Assembly (NCBI RefSeq): GCF_032444005.1
Contig: NC_091289.1
Span: forward strand, 90,210,001 to 90,274,000
Direction: 5' to 3'
Length of the DNA stretch: 64,000 nt
DNA from: Ranitomeya imitator
Lineage: Eukaryota
Part shown: piece by piece, positions 51,764-62,026 of the stretch
How positions within the stretch are numbered: position 1 is the first letter of the stretch
How the letters are laid out: the number at the start of each line of letters is the position of its first letter
The notes under the pieces: model-generated
Databases searched by the model: none
Told to the model about the DNA's origin: nothing
Seen by the model: the letters and a program-made list of their open reading frames with translations, nothing else
Program-made: the position numbers and the translations under genes

Positions 51764-51876
51764 AGGTTCTGTAGAAGGACGTAGATCTGGGGATTTATTA
51801 TGATGGAATATAGGCTGAACTGGATGGACAAATGTCTTTTTTCGGCCTTACTAACTATGTTACTATGTTACTATGT
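51764..51876 (+). mobile_element. CR1 3'-end stub with (TATGTTAC)n tail
   Basis: Reverse complement of 37690-37800. Confidence 0.85.
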
Positions 51877-53008
51877 AACATCATCTTGTCCCACAAAAAA
51901 ACAAGCCTCCATACAGCTCCATCAGTTGAAAAATAAAAAAGTTATTGCTCTCAGAATACAGCAATGCAAAAAATAATTCTTTTTTCTATAAAATAGTTTT
52001 TGTGTAAGAGTGCCAAAACAATAAAAATATAAATGTGATATCTCTACCAAAAGTAGTTTTTGGCCACACATCGGGGCTCTGCTAATGTGACATGGCCCCT
52101 TCAAACCATTCCAGCAAAATCTGAACTCCCTTTTGAGCTTTGCACTGTGCCTCAAATGTTGTTTTCAGTCACATATGGGGTATCTGCTTACTCAGTAGAA
52201 ATTGAAAAACAAACTTTAGAGTGTAGTTTCTCCTGTTATCCTTGTGCAAATGAGAACATTTAGAGCTAAAACAACATTTTTGTGGGAAAAATAAATTTCT
52301 TTAATTTTCACAGTTTAACATTGTAAAATTCTCTGAAGGACCTGTTAGTTCAATGTGCTCACCAAACATCTAGATGAGTTCCATGAGGGGGTCTACTTTC
52401 CACTTTTCGAGGGTCTCCACTGTTTAGGCTCATCAGAGGTTCTGCAAATGCAACATGGCATCTGCCATCTTGTCCTGCCATTTTTGTTTTCAAAAAGTCA
52501 AACAGTGCTGTTTTCTTTCCGAGCACTGCTATGCACCCAAACAGTAGTTTTCCCCCACATATGGCGTATTGGCATATGGAAATTGCACAACAGATTGTGG
52601 GTTCTATTTTTTCCTGTTACTGTTGTGAAAACAAAATTTGTGGCTAAAGTTAAAATTTTAGTGAAAAAAAGGTAAATATTCATTTTTTTCCCCTTCACAT
52701 TGCTTAATTCTTGTGAAGCACCTGAAGGGTTAAAAAAAACTTATTGGCTGTTTTGAGCAGTTTGTGGGGTGCATTTTTTAGAATGGTGTCATTTTTAGGT
52801 ATTTTCTGTCCTATAGGCCCTCAAAGTCAATTCAAATGTGATTTGGTCCCAATAAAAAAATTTTTTGTAAATTTTTGTTGGAAAAACTAGAAATCGCTGA
52901 TCAACTTTTAACCCTTATAATTTCGTAATAGCAAAACTAATACAAAATGGTGCAGATGTAAAGACATGTGGGAAACGTTATATTTTGTGGCCTAAATCTC
53001 TGGTTTAA

Positions 53009-54215
53009 CCCCTCACAACATGCACCATACATGTACTACTCATGTCGGGTCTCTCCCTTTGATGGGGGTTCTGGCGCTAAGCCCACATCTTTCCCCACAC
53101 ATGTCAGCTGATTTAATTAGCTAATATGTGCCCCTAACAGCCGTGGGTGGAATCGCAATCCACCCGCAGCTGTTAACCTGTCAATTGCCACTGTCTATCT
53201 CTGACAGGGGCATTTAATGTGGTTGCGCCGGAAGCGCGTCACTAATCCTGCCCATCGGCGCCTATGTCACATGACCGTGGGTCGCCGATGGGTTGGCATG
53301 ACAACCCGGAGTCTGCAGCAGACCCCTGTGGTTCGACGCTCAAAGCAAGTGAGCATTTCTGCTACATAGAGTTGGGCTACAGCCCTGTTCTATGTAGCAT
53401 AAACGATCGGATGATTGTAGGTTCTATTCTCCCATGGAGACTATTGAAAAAAGTGAAAAGAAAAAATTGTTTTTAAAAATAGTAAAAAAAATAAAAAATA
53501 AAGTTTAAATCACCCCCCATTCACCTCATTCAAAATAAAAATATATATACATATTTGTTATCCCCGCTTTCAGAATTGCCCGATCTATCGATACATAAAA
53601 ATAATTAATCCGATCAGTGAATGGCTTAGTGAGGAAAAAGTAGTTACACCAGAATTACGTTTTTTTGGTCTCTGCAACATTGCATTAAAATGCAAACGGG
53701 CAATCAAAAGATTGTATCTACACCAAAATGGTAGCAAGAAAAACATCAGTTCGGCACACAAAAAGTAAGCCCTCACCCAGCCCCAGATCACAAAAAATGG
53801 AGACGCTATGGGTCTCAGAAAATTACGCAAAGTTGTATATATTTTTTTAACAAACTTTTTTTTACCATTTAAATTAAAAAGAAAGCCTATTCATGTTTGG
53901 TATCTATAAAATCGTAATAACCTGGAGAATCCTAATGGCAGGTCAGTTTTAGCAATTGGTGAACATAGTAAAAAAAAAACCCTTGTGGAATTGCTCTTTT
54001 TTTTTTTGCAATTTAACCGCACTTGATTTTTTTCCCCATTTTCCAGTACACTATATGGTAAAACCAATAAGATTATTCAAAAGTACAAATTGTCATGCAA
54101 AAAACAAGCCATCAGATGGTCATATTGACGGAAAAGTAAAAAAGTTATGGCTCTGGGAAGCAGGGGAGCAAAAATCAGAAATGCAAAAATGAAAAATGGC
54201 CCGGGTGTGAAAGGC
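53009..54215. mobile_element. Non-autonomous piggyBac-like element nested in a related decayed element
   Basis: TTAA|CCCCTCACAAC start; the right part matches 1-532. The flanks (about 52000-53004 and 54220-54420) resemble 38330-39500 in reverse. Confidence 0.5.
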
Positions 54216-55102
54216 ATAACAATTCAGTTTTGAAAATTGCTAAATTTTCACCAAGTTTGCAATATTTTCACGAATAAGCAAAAGGCATATCAAAGAAATT
54301 AACACTATAATGAAGTACAACGTCATTAAAAACAACCTCACTGGGATCCGTAGAAGCGTTTCAGAGTTATTACCACTGGTCAGAATTGTAATATATGGCC
54401 TGGTCATGAAGGTGAAAACAGGCATTCTATATTCTGATATTCTGTGGATGTTTTGTGCATATCCTTCTCTTTTCTTGTAATCCCAGACTCGTTGATGATG
54501 AGATCAGTGCACTGTGGGGACCATATAATCACTTCTAGGACTCCTTGTTCTTCTGTATGCTGAATCTAGTTCTTATAATGAAATAATATAATAAATACAC
54601 CGGCGCTCCGAATGATAGTGGGTGTAGGAGTAAAGGGAAGCTGCAGGTGCCTAGACGGCTACTGCGCCAAGCCTGTCATGTATATGCAGAGGAGTAAAAC
54701 TAAAAGTTAGGCCACCGCGCTACCTATCTCCTAGATAATAAATATAATGAACTAAAAAGTACCCACAAAAGGGTTAACATAAAGCACTTACTGAGTGGTT
54801 AAAGTGCCAGGACTTGGACTGCGGAAGCTTGATGGAGCGCTGAAGTGATGAAGACAGACGCTCCTCCGTGAGTCCGAGGTGAGTCCGAGGTACGGAGGTC
54901 CGGACGGCAGCGTGAAGCGACAGGCCCGAGGGGAGCGTCCTCCCTATTGGCGCCTGGCTTCCACGCGCACGCCGAGAAAGTAGACAAGCGGCGTCCTGGC
55001 CAGGGGCGCCGCTACACTGCGACAGGGAATAGGGGGGCGTGGTCTGGGTGACGTCACCCGGAGCTACAAGAAAATGGAGCAGGAGACAAGTGCCAAACAG
55101 GG

Positions 55103-55158
55103 CCTCTATTGCCTACGCGTTTCGAAGGTCACCGGACCTTCTTCGTCAGGGCTAGAGG
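55103..55158 (-). ncRNA. Type I hammerhead ribozyme (intact cleavage triplet GUA) in the inverted pseudo-LTR
   Basis: Minus strand CCUCUAGCC-CUGACGA-A-GAAGGUC-CGGU-GACCUUC-GAAA-CGC-GUA-GGCAAUAGAGG; stems I and II pair, and stem III is the palindrome ACGCGU. Confidence 0.88.
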
Positions 55159-55916
55159 TCCCTGGCTGTCTGCTGCTCTATATAGGATATAAAAGCGCCG
55201 CCCACTATACAAAAAACTAAATGCATGTATGTGCATGAGAGTGTCGCTAGGCTACAGGAAGTCCATGGACCTGATGGCATACCTCAGAATAATAGGTGAT
55301 CTATGTTACTATGTACAAATGTTAAAAAATTTTTATTGTTAAATAAATACATTAAAAAATACATTAAGAAATCTATATTTGAGAGGGACAATTATTATAA
55401 AAATATATAAAAGAAGAAGGGGGGAATTTTTATATATAATTTGTTAAAAAAGGGGGGGGAAGAGAAAAAAACAAGAATACTGATAAAAAGTCATACTTAA
55501 GCCAGGCGCCAATAGGGAGGACGCTCCCCTCGGGCCTGTCGCTTCACGCTGCCGTCCGGACCTCCGTACCTCGGACTCACCTCGGACTCACGGAGGAGCG
55601 TCTGTCTTCATCACTTCAGCGCTCCATCAAGCTTCCGCAGTCCAAGTCCTGGCACTTTAACCACTCAGTAAGTGCTTTATGTTAACCCTTTTGTGGGTAC
55701 TTTTTAGTTCATTATATTTATTATCTAGGAGATAGGTAGCGCGGTGGCCTAACTTTTAGTTTTACTCCTCTGCATATACATGACAGGCTTGGCGCAGTAG
55801 CCGTCTAGGCACCTGCAGCTTCCCTTTACTCCTACACCCACTATCATTCGGAGCGCCGGTGTATTTTATATTATTTCTTTTAGCTCTTTCTGTGCACATA
55901 CACCTAGGCAGCTTCA

Positions 55917-57923
55917 ATGGCGTTTAGGGCATTGAGACATGATAGGGATTATCGTTTAACCCTTGTTAATAAACAATTTTCTTTTAACATTTCCCCTCCC
56001 CCTATGGATGAACAAGCATTATTGAAAACATTAGAGAAACTTTTAATTACGGAAATGAGGGACATATGGGAGGTGGCCACACTTGAGAAATATGTACAGA
56101 CTAACATTATTCCGAAGGGATTAGTGATTTATAAATCCCTAGCAGGGGACTTCGGGGACCCCCAAATACAGCAAGACTGGGATGATATGTTCAATAATTT
56201 TTCAAAGCAAACTTTGCAATTTATCATAGACAAACGGAGGATAAAATTGAATCATACGAGCCAACAAATTATTGCGCTTTTTGAACAGCTCGATGAATAT
56301 GAAAACTTGGCTGACTTCCAAACTCTCACTGATAGCATACTGATCAGATTAAAAGAAAAAGAGAAAGAAATCATAGCCAAAAAAGTGAGGAAATTTCACA
56401 GAGATAGGGTGCCTAATGCACTCTCTGATAATATGGCGTACTGCCGAGAAACGCATTCGCCTTCTGCTAGTATACATCAAGCTTCTATGGACCTCGTAGT
56501 CCTAGATGAATACAATGAAACTCCAACACACAATACGCTAGATCGTTCGGAAATTTTTTCAACTTATACTAACACAAATTCCACCCAGTATACACCTGTT
56601 TCCATTGGTAATAGGAATCAGGTTAATATTAGACCGTCTGTTAATTCAGTAGCAGCCAACGTATCATTTGATTTTAGTACCCACGAACATTCAGGGCCAT
56701 CATTAGAACTACAAGAGTCTCCTATTGCTTCCACCTCCAACTATTATGCCCCACTATCTCTAATTGATGATACGGATGACACCTTTAGGAGCAATGAATT
56801 ACCTGGATCAAGCCAGAGCGCAAGTATGGCACCTAATCTAGGAACCCATAATGGCTATTCAGATAAAAATAAAAGATTGATGGAAGTAAAATATGGCACT
56901 AATACCCCCATTACTCAAAAACGACAACAAAAAAGACCAGAAGGGGTTACTAATAATAATAATAAAATTAAAAATAACCCCAAAAAAATCTCCAGCCTTA
57001 TACCAAACAGAGGTAGAGGATTTAAAACACAGACTAAAATCACTTGGGATTTTTTTCGGTCACATACTCTAAAACCAAAAGAAGTAGGAGGGGGGGGGGG
57101 GAAACTCTCCAAAAAGAAAATAAAGAATTCCCTCCCCTCCACCCAAAAAATATTTAACCTGAGTTCGCATGTACTTTCGGATAACGAAAAGTCCCTCTTA
57201 CAAAAGGGCCTGAAATTCGCACCAACCACAACAGCAAAACCTTTTAACCTTTTCATCAGTATGAAGCAGTTTTTGCGCAATTTGGCCATTAAGAAATATT
57301 TCCTCAAAAAAGCACCACAAGTCCCTAATCCTGTTTCTCATGAGTACATACAGACTTCGCTATCTAATCCCTCTACATTTCATCCCGTACAAGAATACTC
57401 AAATGCCTTTCGGTCTTTTGAAACTGCGGTCACACAGGATATTAGGAAAATGAGGAGAAAGAATCCCAAATATATATCCCAAAATTTAAATAACTTTGAA
57501 CGGAAGGCACTACTGGACCTTCAAGTAAACCATGATATTATTATACGTCCAGCGGATAAAGGGGGTGGGATTGTTATCCTCAATAAAACCACATATCAGG
57601 AGGAATCTGATAGACTCCTGAATGATGAGACTACCTATAGGAAATTAAATAGTGACCCTACTGAACGGTATACCAAAAATTTGAATATTTTAATATCACG
57701 AGGTAAATCTTCAGGTATTGTAAATAAAAAAGAATCTTTATTCATCATGAACAAAACCCCCAGTGTGGCAGTGTTCTACTACCTCCCTAAAGTCCATAAA
57801 GATGCAATGCGCCCACCTGGGAGGCCTATTATTTCGGGGATCAATTGCCTGACAGCTAATCTGTCACGCTACATAGACACACACCTCCAAAAAATGCATG
57901 CCTATTATCCCCGCATATCTTAA
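55917..57923 (+). CDS. Penelope ORF, 5' part (N-terminal domain and start of RT)
   Basis: IFNLSSHVLSDNEKSLLQKGLKFAPT, IIIRPADKGGGIVIL, FYYLPKVHK..RPPGRPIISG are PLE hallmarks. The frame is lost at the A6 run 57889-57894. Confidence 0.92.
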   Translation: MAFRALRHDRDYRLTLVNKQFSFNISPPPMDEQALLKTLEKLLITEMRDIWEVATLEKYVQTNIIPKGLVIYKSLAGDFGDPQIQQDWDDMFNNFSKQTLQFIIDKRRIKLNHTSQQIIALFEQLDEYENLADFQTLTDSILIRLKEKEKEIIAKKVRKFHRDRVPNALSDNMAYCRETHSPSASIHQASMDLVVLDEYNETPTHNTLDRSEIFSTYTNTNSTQYTPVSIGNRNQVNIRPSVNSVAANVSFDFSTHEHSGPSLELQESPIASTSNYYAPLSLIDDTDDTFRSNELPGSSQSASMAPNLGTHNGYSDKNKRLMEVKYGTNTPITQKRQQKRPEGVTNNNNKIKNNPKKISSLIPNRGRGFKTQTKITWDFFRSHTLKPKEVGGGGGKLSKKKIKNSLPSTQKIFNLSSHVLSDNEKSLLQKGLKFAPTTTAKPFNLFISMKQFLRNLAIKKYFLKKAPQVPNPVSHEYIQTSLSNPSTFHPVQEYSNAFRSFETAVTQDIRKMRRKNPKYISQNLNNFERKALLDLQVNHDIIIRPADKGGGIVILNKTTYQEESDRLLNDETTYRKLNSDPTERYTKNLNILISRGKSSGIVNKKESLFIMNKTPSVAVFYYLPKVHKDAMRPPGRPIISGINCLTANLSRYIDTHLQKMHAYYPRIS

Positions 57924-59433
57924 AGATACTAGTCAAGTGCTCCAAATATTGGAAAAAATCGAATGGGAAAGTGGCTTCACACTGGGGACATTAGACATAA
58001 AATCTCTGTATACAGTAATAGACCATTCAAAAGGATGTGAAGCGGCAGAACACTACCTTAATAAACTGGCCACCCACAAGAAACCACAGATCCAGTTCAT
58101 TGTGGAAAGTATTTTATTTATTTTGGAACATAATTATTTCACCCATGATGGCCAATTTTACCTCCAAACACGGGGCACGGCTATGGGCACTTGTTTCGCT
58201 CCCAGCTACGCAAACATCTATGTAGCCAAGTGGGAGGAGCTACATATTTCGCTCACAAAAAGCCCCAATACTGGCTTGATTATGTGGAGGCGTTTTATCG
58301 ATGATATACTATTCATCTGGAATGGCCCCCAAAGAGAATTAGATGTATTTATTGCCAATCTCAATTCTAATGACTTTGGGTTGGAATTTACGGCCACTAC
58401 CAGCAAATCGGAAATACATTTTTTAGACCTAAACATCTTTATTGAAAATAATCGGATACTAACTAAATGCCACCATAAACCAGTAGACTCTAATGGATTT
58501 ATTGATATTAATAGCTGTCATCTACCGATTTGGTTGACTAATATCCCCAAAAGCCAATTTACCCGGGTAAGACGTAATTGCACTAAAAAACGAGACTATA
58601 TAATAGAAGCAGAACAACTTACCAAGAAATTTCTGGAAAAAGGATACCCCAAAGACCTACTAGATGTGGCTAAACAGGAGGTCTATGAAACATCGAGGGA
58701 TACCCTAGTACAGAGAACAACTAGGGATAAATTTACTCCAACTGATATCCCTACACAAATTCATCAGTTACCTATTATTACGCAGTTCCATTATGGATAC
58801 AAACAGTTTACTAAAATCATCTATAAACACTGGTCAATCCTCCAGACGGACAAAGTAATAGGGGAACTGCTACCAAAACGACCCAAATTTGTTTTTAGAA
58901 AATCACAAACAATAGGTAACATTATAGCTCCAACTACCAACAAGGGTCCTGCCAAGAGTATATCCTCAAAAAATCCAGGCTTTGTACCTTGCGGCACTTG
59001 TTCCTGTTGTGTGCGTACAAATTTTAAAAAAATAAAACAGCTTAAATTTTTTAACTCTAACGCCACTGAGGAATTTACTATTAAAGACCAAATTTCATGC
59101 TGGTCGTCAGGAGTTATTTACTTAATCAAATGCCCCTGTGGTAAAATTTACGTGGGTCGCACTAAACGTAAATTGAGGGACCGCTTGAAAGAACATTTTA
59201 ATAATATAGAAAAAGGCTTCATTGGCCACCCCCTTTCCAGGCATTTTAGGGAATACCACGGTAGATCCACTAAGGGATTAATATTTTGCGGCATCCAAGT
59301 AGTTCCAAAAAACTGGAGGGGAGGGGACTACATAAAACTAATGTCACGCACCGAATCTAGGTGGATTTTTATGCTGGATAGCCTGGCCCCTAAGGGTCTT
59401 AATCATGAATTGGAGCTTTATGCTTTTAAATAG
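57898..59433 (+). CDS. Penelope ORF, 3' part (RT core, CxxCxxC linker, GIY-YIG endonuclease)
   Basis: LDIKSLYT, QTRGTAMGTCFAPSYAN, WRRFIDD, FLDL, CGTCSCC, GVIYLIKCPCGKIYVGRT, HPLSRHF, ESRWIFMLDSLAPKGLN. Confidence 0.95.
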   Translation: MPIIPAYLKDTSQVLQILEKIEWESGFTLGTLDIKSLYTVIDHSKGCEAAEHYLNKLATHKKPQIQFIVESILFILEHNYFTHDGQFYLQTRGTAMGTCFAPSYANIYVAKWEELHISLTKSPNTGLIMWRRFIDDILFIWNGPQRELDVFIANLNSNDFGLEFTATTSKSEIHFLDLNIFIENNRILTKCHHKPVDSNGFIDINSCHLPIWLTNIPKSQFTRVRRNCTKKRDYIIEAEQLTKKFLEKGYPKDLLDVAKQEVYETSRDTLVQRTTRDKFTPTDIPTQIHQLPIITQFHYGYKQFTKIIYKHWSILQTDKVIGELLPKRPKFVFRKSQTIGNIIAPTTNKGPAKSISSKNPGFVPCGTCSCCVRTNFKKIKQLKFFNSNATEEFTIKDQISCWSSGVIYLIKCPCGKIYVGRTKRKLRDRLKEHFNNIEKGFIGHPLSRHFREYHGRSTKGLIFCGIQVVPKNWRGGDYIKLMSRTESRWIFMLDSLAPKGLNHELELYAFK

Positions 59434-59781
59434 TTATCTACTTAAGTATGACTTTTTATCAGTATTCTTGTTTTTTTCTCTCCCCCCCCCCTTTTTTAAC
59501 AAATTATATATAAAAATTCCCCCCTTCTTCTTTTATATATTTTTATAATAATTGTCCCTCTCAAATATAGATTTCTTAATGTATTTTTTAATGTATTTAT
59601 TTAACAAAAATTTTTTAACATTTGTACATAGTAACATAGATCACCTATTATTCTGAGGTATGCCATCAGGTCCATGGACTTCCTGTAGCCTAGCGACACT
59701 CTCATGCACATACATGCATTTAGTTTTTTGTATAGTGGGCGGCGCTTTTATATCCTATATAGAGCAGCAGACAGCCAGGGA

Positions 59782-59837
59782 CCTCTAGCCCTGACGAAGA
59801 AGGTCCGGTGACCTTCGAAACGCGCAGGCAATAGAGG
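59782..59837 (+). ncRNA. Type I hammerhead ribozyme with mutated cleavage triplet (GCA) in the 3' pseudo-LTR
   Basis: Identical to the other copy except T->C at 59825 (U16.1). Confidence 0.82.
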
Positions 59838-60979
59838 CCCTGTTCGGCACTTGTCTCCTGCTCCATTTTCTTGTAGCTCCGGGTGACGTCACCCAGACCA
59901 CGCCCCCCTATTCCCTGTCGCAGTGTAGCGGCGCCCCTGGCCAGGACGCCGCTTGTCTACTTTCTCGGCGTGCGCGTGGCAGCCAGGCGCCAATAGGGAG
60001 GACGCTCCCCTCGGGCCTGTCGCTTCACGCTGCCGTCCGGACCTCCGTACCTCGGACTCACCTCGGACTCACGGAGGAGCGTCTGTCTTCATCACTTCAG
60101 CGCTCCATCAAGCTTCCGCAGTCCAAGTCCTGGCACTTTAACCACTCAGTAAGTGCTTTATGTTAACCCTTTTGTGGGTACTTTTTAGTTCATTATATTT
60201 ATTATCTAGGAGATAGGTAGCGCGGTGGCCTAACTTTTAGTTTTAGTTCTTATAATGATCTACTAGTGTTTTTGTACTGCTGCAAAATAAATTTGGAGCC
60301 ATTGGTATGCCTGCCTCTTGGTACTGCTTGATGGAGAAGTTAAACATCAAGGGATTTTTCATATAGAATAAACATATTTGTGGATCACTACTTAATACAT
60401 ATGATTACATAAACATAAGGTGCTTATAAACCAATGAATATATTAACCGCTTCCCGACCACCGGCGGTAGATATACGTCAGTGCTTGCAGGGATTTGTGC
60501 AGTGCTGACACTTATACCTAATAACTCGGGGTTTACAGTACAGAACGCTGGCTGTGACCATAGACCTCGTCAATTTCTGATTGGTTCAGGTCCTGGTGAT
60601 GTCATCCCAACAATCATTGGGAAAGTTTGTGGTAGGAGCAACCTTTTCTGGTTGATCTGCTTCATAAAAATTCTGTTTCTCCTCTGATCTTCTGTCAGCG
60701 AGAGATCAGAGGAGAAACATTTTGACAAGTGCTGCTGACAACAGCTGTGTCAGTCAGCAATCTTGTTATAAAGTAAAAAAAAAAACACATACAAAGCAAT
60801 AGCTTAGTGTTAGGCTTAAAGTTAGGGTTGGGCTTGATCGCAATTGTTTTACCAATAATTTGATTGTAGTCATGTCAGTTAGTTCGTTAATTATATAGTA
60901 TACTGTAGGTAACTATACATAATTTGATAGAAACTTCGTTTGCACTAAAATATAACAAATACTCTTGAGTTTTCTATTG

Positions 60980-62004
60980 CCATATATACTCGTGTATAAG
61001 CTAAGTTTTTCGGCACATACACGAGTCATTATCCCAGAAAGACAGGGGCCAGCGGCTGCGGCTAAAGCCTGTGCCCGCGGCTAACGAAAAATGAATATTC
61101 ACTGCGCTGGCAGGGACTATTCATTTCTCTTATGGCGCACAGTTACAGCCACAGCCGCTGGCTTCCAGCACACATCCTACTTATCCTCCCTGCGCACCCT
61201 TGCTGCATCTCGTTCCGGTGCCAGCAGCTCGTCCAGCCAATCGATCAGGCCTCCTGCTCATGAAGGTAATGAATATTCACCTCTCTCCACTCTCATAGGC
61301 TTGAAGTGAATATTCATTACCTTAATGAGCGGGAACACGTTATCGCTCGGCCAGAAGAGCTGCTGGCACGGAACGAGATGCAGCAAGGGAGCGCAGGGAA
61401 GATAAATAGAATGTTTTTTTTGTTGTTTTTTTTTTATAGGAACCATGCATAAGAGGACAGGGATGGGGAGCCATGCATACAAAGATAGGGGATAAGGAGC
61501 TATACATACAGGGATGGAGAGCCATGCATTCAAGGACAGGGAGCCATGCATGCAAGGACATGGATGGGGAGGCAAGCATGCAAGGATAGGGGATAAGGAG
61601 CTATACATACAGAGATGGAGAGCCATACATGCAAGGACAGTGATAGGGAGCCATGCATACAAGGACAGGGATGGGGAGCCATGCATGCAAGGACAGGGTT
61701 GGGGAGCCATGCATTCAAGGATAGGGGATAAGGAGCTATATATACAGGGACGGAGAGCCATGCATACAAGGACAGAGACAGGGAGCCATGCATGCATGCA
61801 AGGGCAGGGATGGGGAGCCATGCATACAAGGATAGGGAGCCATGCATGCAAGGACAGGGATGGGGAGCAATTCTTACAAGGATAGGGATGGGGGGACAAT
61901 GCATACCCAGCTTATACTCAAGTCAATAAGTTTTCCCAGTTTTTTGTGGCAAAATTAGGTGCCTCGGCTGATACTTTGGTCAATTTATACACGAGTATAT
62001 AGGG
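60980..62004. mobile_element. MITE related to the CCGTATATACTCGAG family, with a different internal satellite (61440-61900, GCCATGCATACAAGGACAGGGATGGGGA)
   Basis: Ends CATATATACTCGTGTATAAGC / TTTATACACGAGTATATAG, plus the same subterminal CCCAGTTTTTTGTGGCAAAATTAGG. Confidence 0.7.
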
Positions 62005-62026
62005 TAATTCCGGAAACAATATTTAA

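Larger units (their letters stand above)
54582..60243 (+). mobile_element. Near-intact Penelope-like element (Neptune-type) with inverted and direct pseudo-LTRs
   Basis: 15-bp TSD TAGTTCTTATAATGA (54567-54581, 60244-60258); inverted arm 54582-55501; direct repeat 55500-55764 = 59981-60245; RT + GIY-YIG ORF. Confidence 0.95.

Noticed and set aside
54460-54560. Candidate next PDE4DIP exon after cttgtaatcccag
   Set aside because: Stop codon in phase 0 (ACT CGT TGA) and no match to the expected EFRELLQY... segment; the next exon is probably beyond the window.
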